Assembly (NCBI GenBank): GCA_000320545.1
Contig: ADNK01000893.1
Location: 1 to 36,390 of the forward strand
Length of the DNA: 36,390 nt
Direction of reading: 5' to 3'
Origin: Bigelowiella natans CCMP2755
Lineage: Eukaryota > Protista > Cercozoa
Shown piece after piece: positions 15,463 through 25,891 of the stretch (the stretch's first letter is position 1; every line of letters starts with the position of its first letter). The notes beneath the pieces are model-generated. The model saw nothing but the letters and a program-made list of their open reading frames with translations, was not told where the DNA came from and did no database searches. The translations under genes and the position numbers were made by a program.

Positions 15463-15494
<32 letters not shown>

Positions 15495-15627
15495 GAAGTA
15501 CGATGGCGCTGGGCAGGCGAATAGGATCATTTCTGATCTGATGAAGATGGTCATCTTATTTTTGCACCAGCGACTCAGCATTGATGCTCACGCCCCCTCG
15601 AAAACACGCACACACAAACAAACGCAC

Positions 15628-15665
<38 letters not shown>

Positions 15666-16029
15666 GATATCCCGTCTTCCCGTGGGTGCTGAAGAACTAC
15701 AAGACCGAAACAATCGACCTCAAAGACCCCGCGAACTACCGAGATCTCTCGAAGCCGATGGGGGCGCTAGGGGAGGCACGCTCCGCCAAGTTTCAGGAGA
15801 GATATGACTCGTGGGAGGACCCGTCAGGGATCATCCCAAAATTTCACTACGGCACGCACTACGCCTCCGCCGCCACGACGCTGTACTGATCTGCTAGTGC
15901 TATTAGTCGTGGCATTATTGCTGCTGCTGCTGCTGCTGTTATCCTTAATCATCATCATCAAATGTGTTGTCTCCTTTTTCTTTTGATTGGTCGCAGAACG
16001 ATAAAGAGGCAGGCGGGGGGGGGGAGAGT

Positions 16030-16073
<44 letters not shown>

Positions 16074-18263
16074 GAGAAGGCAGCTATCCTCATTCCTCCT
16101 TCGGATGGTTGTTGTTGTTGTTGTTGTTGTTGCTTCGTTGCTTAGATACTATCTGCTTCGGTTGGAGCCCTTCGCTCGCATCGCGCTGCAGCTTCAGGGA
16201 GGCAAGTTCGACCACGCCGACAGGCTCTTCTACTCCATCCAGCACTCGTGGCACTCCTCCGCATACGATGGCGGGATGTCCGACGTGAAGGAGCTAATCC
16301 CCGAGTGAGCAGTAGCAGTAGTGCAAGTAGAAGGGAGGAGGAGGAGGAGAGTTCAGGAAGAAGTTGTCGTCGTGTGCGCCAATCATCGTAGTAGTAGTAG
16401 TGATATATACCACCGAAGACGTATCCTTAACAACGACTGCATTTCCTCCCCATCATCCTCCTCCCCCCCCCCCCCCTCCGACACCATCCTCCATCGCACA
16501 GGTTCTACTACCTCCCGGACTTTCTCCAGAACACCAACAGATTCGACCTCGGCGTGACGCAGTGGAAGCAGCAGGTGCACGACGTGGAGCTGCCGCCGTG
16601 GGCCAACAACGACCCCCGCCGCTTCGTCCGGATCATGCGAGAGGCCCTCGAGAGCGAGTACGTCAGTCAGAACCTCCACCACTGGATCGACCTCATCTTC
16701 GGCTTCAAGCAGCAGGGGAAGGCGGCCGTCGAGGCGCAGAACGTGTTCTACTACCTCACCTACGAGGACGCCATTGACATCGACTCCATCACGGACCCCG
16801 TCGACAAGATGTCCATCATCGCGCAGATCAACAATTTCGGCCAGACGCCGCACCAGATCTTCCGCCGGGCGCACCCGCCGCGCAAGGCCTCCAAGGTCTC
16901 GATGACCATCTCCACGCACGCCAACATCCTCATCCCGGGCCAAACGCTCAAGTTCCAGTGCCGCGTCAGCGCGATCGAGTGGCTCGCCGAGGAGAAGCTC
17001 CAGGTCGCCTGCGGCCAGACCGCCCTTGCGCCCTCGCGCTTCCGCTATGGCGTCCAATGGGGCCATGCCGATCATAGCCTGTGGTTCACCAGCGACTGCG
17101 ACGGCCTCTGGCAGCCGCCCAACGACCGCATCCTGGCCGTGCACGAAGACGTCCACGACGGTCAGATCTGCTGCTGCACGCTCACGGCGGACGGCAGGTA
17201 CCTCGTCACGGCCGGGGAGGACGCCGAGATCAAGGTGTGGGCCGCGCCGCAGAAGACGTCGAAGCTGAAGGACCCGATGAAGCTCATCGCCTCGCTGCAC
17301 GGCCATTCGTCGGTGATAACATGCCTCGAGACGTCGGTCGACTATCAGCTGGTCGTGAGCGGCGGGGCGGACGGACAGGTCATCCTGTGGGATCTGACGC
17401 GGATGCTGCTCCAGCGGCGTCTCCCCCGGCACCCTGGCCCCGTCTCCTGCATCGCCCTGAACCACAACTCGGGGGATATCATCACGGCCTCAGGCTGCTG
17501 GCTCTTCGTCTGGAACGTCAACGGGGACCTGTGCGCCGTGCGGAAAACGACGGACACGCAGCAGGAGGAGATCACCAGCGTCGCGGTGGCGTCCGGCCCC
17601 GACGTCCAGGTGCACCCCAACATCATCACCGGCCACAAGGACGGCAAGCTGCAGTTCTGGAAGCTCGTCCTCCCCCAAAACGCCGCGAGCGCCGCGGCGC
17701 GGCCCGGCCTGGAGTCGGAGTTCGGCGGGTTCGCCTACGAGGCGGCCATCCACGACAGCCTGTGCGTGAAAGGCGCGCTCAAAGCTGTCTACGTCCCTGG
17801 GGCGGGGGCGGCGGCGTCGCCAGCCTCGGTCCCAACCAGGCAAAGGGGGGATTGCGCAGAGGGGAAGGGGCGGGAGAAGCTGCGCCGAAACATGCGCAAG
17901 GACGTGCCCTACATGGCGCTCGTGCCGTCCGAGAAGCGCGTGATCCACGCGGCGGCGGTCACCGCCATCCACTGCCCAGCGAGCACGTGGGTGCGCATGT
18001 GGAGCGCGGACGCGTCGGGGGCGGTGAGGGCCTGGAAGCTGACGAGCGACGAGCACTGGGTGCAGGACTCGTCCGTCAGCGCCTGCCCGCGCTGTAACAA
18101 GGCCTTCGGCGTGCTGGAGCGGCGGCACCACTGCCGCTACTGCGGGGGCGTGTTCTGCAATTCGTGCTCCATGCGGAAGATCCCCGTCCCCCAGTTCGGC
18201 CACACCGACCCCGTGCGCGTGTGCAACGACTGCTTCACGGTGCTCCGCGTCAAGCGCACGTGA
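1..18263 (+). CDS. Large multi-exon BEACH-domain protein, WDFY3/ALFY/LvsA-like (ARM-like N-terminus, ConA/LamG-like, PH, BEACH, WD40, FYVE); 5' end lies outside the window
   Basis: Phase-compatible GT-AG exons read by hand: <1-127, 262-356, 593-676, 927-1022, 1300-1442, 1657-1740, 1891-1937, 2174-2224, 2383-2496, 2646-2696, 2949-3143, 3323-3635, 3937-4137, 4300-4668, 5057-5211, ~5362-6435, 6546-~6903/6915, 7178-7371, 7632-7802, 7907-10644, 11057-~12934, 13256-14327, 14479-14621, 14794-14892, 15032-15316, 15667-15882, 16146-16304, 16502-18263 (TGA). Family motifs: [126 protein letters not shown]. Single-base frameshifts must be assumed at G/C/A runs near 3461-3478, 10295-10313, 12931 and 13417-13423. 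Confidence 0.93.
128..16501. repeat. Dense intronic microsatellites: (GAT/CAT)n, (TA)n, (CA)n, (GA)n, (TAG/TAC)n, (GTT)n, poly-C/G
   Basis: Examples: (TA)n 425-462, 13214-13239, 15632-15661; (GA)n 10670-10708, 16036-16069; (CT)n(CA)n 10992-11050; (CAA)n then (CA)n 6938-7026; (GAT)n 1506-1532. The same types recur in introns of the minus-strand gene (19787-19846, 22497-22543, 23475-23511). Confidence 0.95.
6010..6880 (+). other. ConA/LamG-like lectin-fold domain within the BEACH protein
   Basis: Translation [10 protein letters not shown]...RWTHIALSY...(intron 6436-6545)...[10 protein letters not shown] matches the ConA-like beta-sandwich found upstream in BEACH proteins. Confidence 0.7.
14170..16870 (+). 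other. PH + BEACH domains (split over 7 exons)
   Basis: PH: [28 protein letters not shown]...[27 protein letters not shown]: from [14 protein letters not shown] to [14 protein letters not shown]. Confidence 0.95.
17130..18236 (+). other. WD40 repeats followed by a C-terminal FYVE zinc finger
   Basis: WD repeats: [23 protein letters not shown]...[30 protein letters not shown] (18054-18236): [31 protein letters not shown], with all canonical PI3P-binding motifs (WxxD, RRHHCR, RVC). Confidence 0.95.
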
Positions 18264-19618
18264 GGAGCGAGTGAGGAGGCTTGAACGTTCCTGCCGGCAC
18301 CCGGTAGTAGAAGTAGTAGTAGTAGTAGTTTGTAGTCGTCGGTGGTAGGCCGCAGTAAATAGCAGTAGTAGTAGTAGTAGTAGTAAGAAATAATCGTAGT
18401 GGTAGTAGGTATTAGCAGTAGTAACAGCGCCAGCAGCTGTTGTAGTAGAAGTGCCAGAAGAATGAGCCGCTACACAGGTTTACATGTGTGTGTATTATAC
18501 GTGCTGGAAGAGTAGCGCGGTCGCAGTAGTAGCAGTCGTAGCAGCGAGATATGTGGTCAATGATAGAGTTACTGATAGTAGAGGGGAGAGCAGCAGCAGC
18601 AGCAGCCATACATCCACAACCCCCGCTTCCCCCTTTTCACCTCCCTTTCACGTGTTTCCCCGCCGGGGAATGGAAGATCATCTCGGCGACACCGTTCTCC
18701 ATTATAACAGCGTACGACATCACAGTGAATAATACGTGGAAGATTGACTCGTCATCTATAGGCAAATAGTATAGGCATGTGCTACCACCGCCCAGAGTAT
18801 AGTGGAAAATCGCGAATGTGCAACGAAATAATGATAAAACCCGCGCCCGTTTCATGTAGTAGAAAGAACTCGCGGTACCACCATGCACGTTTGACGCATC
18901 GTACATGTCTAGACATCGCTGCAGGCAATGAGTTGTTTCATGTGACTTGCTTGTACACACGTACTTCTACGTATACACTTTTGCATTGTGTATATGTTGC
19001 TTGTTTTTTGGCGATGTGAGCTTTCATTCTGTGTGCGCGTCTGGACATAGCGTGCGGCGAACGACATCATCCATATGACTCCCAGCTGCATTCTAGATTC
19101 AAATGCGTGATGGATGGTTTACATAATCGCAAACATCTAGACATGCCACTCTAGCATTGTATGCATCTCTAGATTTTTGTGTACATTGCATGGCTAGATG
19201 GATTGCGTAGCACGTGTGCGTCGTCGTGCGCAAGCAGGCTAGTAGCAGGCTAGAGAGTCATCACAGATTTGCGTTCACATGTTGCATTTCTAGGTAGATT
19301 TGCACAAATTCGATGTCTTCATTCTCAGGACATGTTTTGCAGCAGCCTTGGAAGCAGTTCAGCTCTGCTGGAGGGGCTCGGAGAATATCAAATAACAGGA
19401 CAATGAGAAGAAGTGCCATCGCTAGATCGGGTAGTACTAGAGTAGCAACTTAACGACAAAACACTGATGAGAACGAAGAGCAGCTTCTTCACCCCTCCAC
19501 CATGTTTTGGATGAAAAGACAGCTATTGACACTAATAATGATGACAACGATCATTTTGGCTCCAATGTCTGCTTTGGCAGAATTGACATCAATCGCTGCA
19601 ACGTGTTCTTGTACCAAT

Positions 19619-19807
19619 TTATTGATCCAGGAATCCGCCGTTATCGTCTACGGTGGAGTATTTCATTGAAAGCGTGTATGTGTCTCTCCTCGTCTTATTG
19701 TCGTCCACACGAAACATCCCCAGAGGCTCATTGTGGGGCTCCTCAGATATTCCTTCCCTTTATCGTTGCACAGGCAAGTCAACAACCACACACACACACA
19801 CACACAC

Positions 19808-19853
<46 letters not shown>

Positions 19854-21165
19854 AGAGACGTACACGCGCACTGCTGAGCACGACAACTCGCGCGACGCAC
19901 AGGAAATGGGTACACTGCTACTGCTGCATATAATGCATGGCAATTCCAACCTCCTTTGCCTAGAGCGAGCGCGGAAGATGGGGCCAGGGCTAGCAGGACA
20001 TTCGTCGTCGTCGTCTTCGTCTGAATCCGTGCCGCCGCCGTCATCATCAAACATTCCGGGTACCTTCCCGATGTTGGTCTTCGATCTGAACGAAGTCGTC
20101 GCGATTGAGTAGTAGTAGCGGCGGGATGGGGCGGGGGGGAGGAGGAGGAGGAGGGGGAGGAGGAGGAGGAGGAGGGGTGAGGGGTAGCGAGACGGGTGGC
20201 AGGGACGAATAGACACATCAGCATCAAAGTATACATCTGTGCATGGTGTGTTATGGAGAGGGCTAAGGCCGAAGGAAGTGCGACCGATAGATAGTTACGC
20301 GCTATAGAAGAAGACATCGCAGCAGCGCATTCGCACCTGTCAAACTGGCCTGTCCTTTCCAGCTCGCTCTTGATCTCCCCCAAGGCCGCCCCATACTTCC
20401 TCTAGAATTAACAACCAAAGCGACTATGATGATACTTCCTCGAGAATAACTATCAGCAGGCACCTGAAATTCCGCCCCAATTTCGTTGCTTTTCGTCCTA
20501 TATTCATGGGCTGTGATGATCCTGGACATATTAAAAAACACGTGCGTCATTAGCACGCACGTACGCGCGCACAACAAGTGTATTATTAATGTCTCATCAT
20601 CCTCTTCCTCATCTTCTCCGCCCCTATCGTCATCCTCCTCATCATCAGCAGCATCGTATCGTGGGATCTGTCCTCACCCGCGGTTGACCATCCTCTTGTA
20701 CTTGTTCTTCTCGCACGACATGTGGACGTATTCCAACACGAAGAGCTCCGCCAAGATCTTCTTGGCCTGCGTAGAACGACAACCCCGGGCACTCGTCAGA
20801 GGAGAGCACTGACCGAACATACAAAGGAAAGCTCTAGCTAAGAAGAGTGGAGATGCAATTCTGGCCTCGAAACCGGCAATGAGGAAGGAGAGACCGTGGT
20901 ACACGATTCGCAGCTATGGAGGGCGTCTTCGCGTCATCGTTCTCACTCGTTTTCTCTTTTTCGTTTTTCCCTGATGAGGAAGCTACTACCTCTACTGCTG
21001 CTGCTGCTGCTGCTGTTACAACTACTAATTTACCTCGTTGGTATACTGACGTAGTAGCTGCGGCTGAGTCGTCGACTTCTCGTCACCTTTCCCATACATC
21101 AAAACCATCATCATCATTGTCATCATCATCAACCATAGTCATCACCGTCAGTCCTTTAATTGTTG

Positions 21166-21202
<37 letters not shown>

Positions 21203-23472
21203 TCCCTCTACCTCCCTTCCTCACCCACAATCGCATATATGAACGCAGTCAATAAGCAAGCGCTTTCACGGTGCCTGTGTCTAAACATGTGCGCGCACGC
21301 GCAACCCCCCCCCCGCGCATCTATCTACTCACGCACCAAATGCTGCTGATGCTGCTGGAGATGGTGACTCCGAGTTTGGTAGAGCCTTCCGCACCGAAGG
21401 AGAGGCGGTGGCAGAGGAAGGGCCGTTCCTATCTTTCCCCTCTCTTCCTTCCTCGCCCTTCCGCTCATTGCCATCGGTACCTTCGCCGCTGCTACTGCCA
21501 TTCTCCTTGCTGCCTTCTTCGGTCTCTCTCCGTAGTGTCGGGCTCATACATAAAAAGCCCCCCCCGGCCAAGCTGCTGCCGCTGCTGGCTGACGATTGGG
21601 ATCTGATTCGCAGCTGTAGGGTGGAGCGCACCCTGCTTGCGAGGCTTGATCTAGTAGTAGTAGTAGTAGTAGCAGTAGAAGCAGTAGAAGCAGTGTAGTT
21701 GTTATTATCATCGGAGCGACGAACATCACCCATCATCAGAATAACTGCTTATCAGCATCATTAAAAAAGGGCAAGAGCAGCGGGCCCATCATCGTCATCA
21801 TCATCATCATCATCATCATCACCATCACTCATCATCACTCATCATCATCATCCGTGTAATAGAAAATCCGCACGCCTGCTCTCCAGGTGCGTATTCGGCA
21901 GCAAAATAAACGGTTTCGTGAAGGGGGGGGGGGAGCCAACAACCAAGTAAATGACTCGATATATGTATGAGCGAGGGTAGTGCTCTTCGCGCTGTCACTA
22001 TTTCGTAATTCTCTCAATTCGTTTACACACGTTGGCGGAACGATGCCGTCTGCCCCGCGTTTGGAGCGGGTATCACCGTCGCTGCCAACGCTTCCCCCCT
22101 CGTCCTTTCTGTTGTTCTTTTTCGTATTCTCCGTCTCAAACTCCATCTCCTCCAGTCTATCGAAGGCCATACTCACTAAAAACCCAACCACAGACAAGAA
22201 GAAGAAAAGCAAGCGATGATGATGACGACGACGACGAACAAGAAGAAGAATCGTATGGCTGCCAACGTCGCCGCTACTTCCCAACCCCCCTCCCTACGAG
22301 AACAGCAGCAGCAGCAGAGTAACCTTTATTGCGAAACTGCACGATGAGGGCGGGGTTATTCAGGAACACAGAGCCTCGCCTCCCCCTGCCAGGCTTCGAC
22401 TGAAGATGCAACGATATAGTACAATCATCGTTCGTTGTCGGCGTTTTGAGGCCCTCCTACTACTTGCGTGCGTATACGGATAGGTGTGCTTCCTGTTCTC
22501 TCTCTCTCTCTCTCTCTCTCTCTGCCCCCCCCCCCCCCCCCCAAAACTTCCAAGTTAGAAGTTCGGTAGATTCCAGGAGGTGAAATCCGTTTCCTATTTT
22601 TTTTTCCCAGGGGAACCCCCACGCACCCCTTAAGTTCCGAGAGGGGGCGTTCCTTGGTTCGGTTTAGAGGATGTTTGGACCCCATACCCCTCGGGTTTTC
22701 AGGGGGTTTTGAGAAAATTGGTAGTCATGCGGTGCCCAAAAGTGTGTGTGTGTAGTGTTACTTACGAGAGGGAGGGTTGGGGGGGGGGGGGGAAGTTGTA
22801 CCGAGTTCCTCCTCCACGGAGGTTGCAAGCTTGTTGTCGTTCTCTGCTTGCTGTGCCGTCTTTTGGGCCTTCTCCTTCTGGGAGGACAGCTCCTTCCGCT
22901 TGTTCTGATGCGAAGAGCAGGATGATGAATCAATAAGCGCACACTCGAAGGTAAGAGAGAAGAGGGAGAGGAGAGGGAGGAGACAAGAAGAAGGCGGGGA
23001 AGTGCCAGGACCTTGAAAAGCTTGTGTAGGTAGGCATCGCTGTACAGCCCGATGGAACCCTCCGTTCTGGAAATGGTCGCGCTCCTGTGAGATATACCAT
23101 CACAACCACATCCTCAATGACATCGACGGCTCAGTTCCCGTTGCAAAAGGAAAGGGGGAGGGAGGGGGAGAGAGAGTGAGAAGAAACGCGAAGGAACAGC
23201 AGAGGCTATGATAGCACGACTTTAAAAATCGGCCCAGCAACAAACATATCACTCGCATCGCCTAGGCTGCCTCCTAACATCCCCCCCCCACCCCCTCATC
23301 CCCCCCGATCAACGGCCAATATTACCTCTTATGGCCCTTTCCCCCCCTGCCAGGTCCGTGTAGCTCGCGCTCCCAATCTTGAACGATGATATCCTTGATG
23401 TTGTCTAGAGAGGAGAACACAGGGGCGGCAATAAACAACGAACAGTAAAAGCAAAGCAAGAGATACACACAC

Positions 23473-23514
<42 letters not shown>

Positions 23515-23918
23515 GGGGGAGGGTGGAGCAAGAGGGATCGTCATCATCGTCATCATCGTCATCATCGTCATCGTTCTAATGTTCCACGACTTTGGTATTG
23601 ATTAGAGAAAACTGTATGCTGAAGTACGTATCTCTGGGAGGCCATCAATGGGTTGATTATATATAAACTATACGACGACTAGTGAGGAGGAAGAGGAAGC
23701 GCCCCTCAACTACCCCTCCACCCCACATGCCCAAGGATTGTCACAGGGGGGTATCTAGGTAGATGATGACGACTACATTTTCCATCCACAGCTACGGAGT
23801 CTTATCAGCGATATTATTCTCACATGCATGCTCCGATGGATTTAGATAAGGCGAATCAAGAAAGCGCGCGCGCGCGTGTGCGTGTGACAGCACAGCGATT
23901 AATTGTTCTTGGAATTGT

Positions 23919-23956
<38 letters not shown>

Positions 23957-24931
23957 TGGCACGAGCAACAAGATCACGAAGAAGGAAAACCTGAAGCTTG
24001 CAGGTTCATGGAGGCTTCCAGGATTGCATTCGCAACGTTCGAGGCCCTGTGCCATACGACAGCATGAGTTTTCGGTGGACTTCATCCCTAGCAACCTATC
24101 GTATCTCCCACCGTCTCTTCTTTCCTCACACATGCTAAGTATGACGTGTGGAGGCGGACAATAAAGAAGGGCGGAGAAGCGGTCTAAACCTCTCCCACTA
24201 CGAAATCAGGATAGAGCTTACTCGTCTATTGTGAAGTTTTGGCGATTCCACCAGCTCTGCAGCTCTTCCATCGTCCACTGAGCCATGTACAACGAAGGTA
24301 GAACGTGTCAGTGGTAGGATCAAGGAATGATACGTATCGTCTACGTGCGCGTAATTGGTGCATCATGGCTGGCGCAGTCGGAACATTGGAAAGGATAGCA
24401 ATATGGGAAAGATGAGCGACAGAATATTCAACGTTATCAACCACTCTGTTGGAGTCCGCATCGGCTTCTATTAGCTGGCTGACTCGTTTCTTAAGCTCAT
24501 CTAGGCCCCCAGGATATTTCATCGCCTATATATAAATATGCCGTAGTTTTCGAACAACGTCGTTCGCGCTTTTCTTTTCGAGGTGAGTAGACAGCAAGAG
24601 ATTTATACACGAAGGAATGGAGATCTCATGAAAGATTCACCACTGCTTCAACTCGCCAATATGTTACTCTTATTACCTTCAGCAACTTGACAAGCCCTCT
24701 TTCATCTACAAATCCTTTCCTCTCGGCATCTGCATAAGGAAGAGAGCGTCCGCCGAAACGAACGAACGCTGCGGGTGAGACTCCGACAACAGGAGAGTGA
24801 GTGAAAATTGAGAACTGATCCGCACCTAATGCCGCGAGGGCGGACGCGGAGACTCTGTCAACGGCCGGTTGCGATTGCAGCCTGTTTTTGTGTTTGTCGT
24901 TGGGTCGTTTGGACGACGCGGACGAGCCCAT
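19619..24931 (-). CDS. Multi-exon gene: N-terminal myristoylation motif (MGSSAS), two EF-hand-like motifs, low-complexity middle, and a C-terminal helical segment weakly resembling the Vps28 N-terminal domain
   Basis: Minus-strand exons with compatible phases: 24931-24826 (MGSSASSKRP...), 24768-24677 (AFVRF...DAERKGFVDERGLVKLLK), 24525-24442 (AMKYPGGLDELKKRVSQLIEADADSNRV), 24277-24222 (WTMEELQSWWNRQNFTID), 24046-23991 (ASNVANAILEASMNLQAS), unresolved 23900-23600, ~23404-23326 (NIKDIIVQDWERE), ~23084-23012, ~22904-22802, poor-quality 22740-22540, 22456-22324, 22175-~22030, ~21744/21613-21337, 21086-21034, 20766-20678 (AKKILAELFVLEY), ~20522-20464, ~20401-20337, ~20085-20064, ~19959-19922, ~19757-19619 (TAA). 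Could be two genes, and the central exons are uncertain. Confidence 0.6.
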
Positions 24932-25526
24932 CGTGCGTGGGGGTTCCAGTACTCTGATTTGCTCGCCGATGAAGATGCTGTTCTCGTTTGTGTTCTTAGC
25001 GCCTTGTCCCTCTGTAAGGAAATGCTGTCAGATGATGTCAGATAGATAACAACATTGTGTGCGCAAATCATCAACGTTCCACTTCACAAACGAGGAAGCA
25101 CAGATCATTCTTGTGATTATCGGCCGGTGGCATGGTACTTGCGGAGGGTACCGAACTTATCCTCGAGTTTGTGCTCTAAAAAGCTTTCCCCCTGCCAGCT
25201 GTCTCAGCTATTCGCACGTAGGTCGCAGGTCTATTTGCATGTGATCAGGCCGAACACTCTGGCCTGTCGCGACTCGTGGCCGACAGAGACTCGAAAGCTC
25301 TCCAAAATCTCGAGAAATCTCGACAAATCTCCCGACGGAAACACACGTGCAGCGGGCATGTGGTTCTTCATCACGTTTGTTTGTTTGCTCTAGTGCTTGT
25401 TCATGGGCACTTGGACAGATGACGCAGAGACAGAGCTCGCGCAATGGGAAGAAGAGAAGGGCAATGAGAAGAGGAGGAGGAGGAAGAGGAGGGGGAGGAG
25501 GAGGAGTGGGAAGAACAAAAAATGTT

Positions 25527-25852
25527 TGTAGCGCGTACCACTACGCGGGCACAAGTCACGTGCGACAACAAAGGGGTTGTCGCGGATATAGAATATAGAT
25601 AACGTAGATATTAATACAGCATAGGCACGTGGGTTCCGGCGGGACTCATGGCAGCACACCGGAAGTGTGCTGCCCCACGTGCGGCGGCATTCGCGAAAGC
25701 TTCGCGAATGATTACGCAGTGCACGATTTAATAAAAATATAATCTTTAATAAAAATAAACACAACTCTTCAAAAGGAAGCAAACGTGCCTTTCCCCCCCC
25801 CTGCCTACTTGTGCACGTAGCGCCTCGGCCTGTGAACACCTTACGCGCAACA
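25527..25852 (+). repeat. 5' LTR (326 bp)
   Basis: Starts TGTAGCGCGTA and ends TACGCGCAACA (10/11 terminal inverted repeat). No difference from 30917-31242 seen by eye. Contains AATAAA twice. Confidence 0.97.
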
Positions 25853-25857
25853 ACCTT

Positions 25858-25880
25858 TGGCTTCCACACACGGGAAACGA
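25858..25880 (+). promoter_or_regulatory. Primer-binding site, tRNA-Glu-like
   Basis: TGGCTTCCACACACGGGAAACGA lies 5 nt after the 5' LTR. Its reverse complement TCGTTTCCCGTGTGTGGAAG-CCA resembles the T-arm/acceptor 3' end of eukaryotic tRNA-Glu (...TCGACTCCCGGTGTGGGAA-CCA) with one extra base. The tRNA identity is inferred. Confidence 0.7.
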
Positions 25881-25891
25881 TTTGACTAACA

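Noticed and set aside
5724-18203. Long antisense or alternate-frame ORFs (e.g. 5724-6518 -, 9472-10392 -, 13163-14053 -, 16383-17465 -, 17081-18097 +)
   Set aside because: Shadows of GC3-rich exons and trinucleotide repeats that lack stop codons. No recognisable domains.
22540-22790. Odd run-rich segment that might be a distinct element
   Set aside because: It lies between long C and G homopolymers and looks like low-quality base calling, as do the window ends (~1-40 and ~35950-36390).
23335-23370. Kinesin-like 'YTDLAGGER' in one minus-strand frame
   Set aside because: No P-loop or other kinesin motifs in neighbouring exons. The alternative frame (NIKDIIVQDWERE) has better codon usage and splices in phase with the next exon.
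25390-25869. Duplicated minus-strand ORFs (25390-25869 and 30870-31367)
   Set aside because: Both are translations of the same LTR sequence, with no evidence of coding function.
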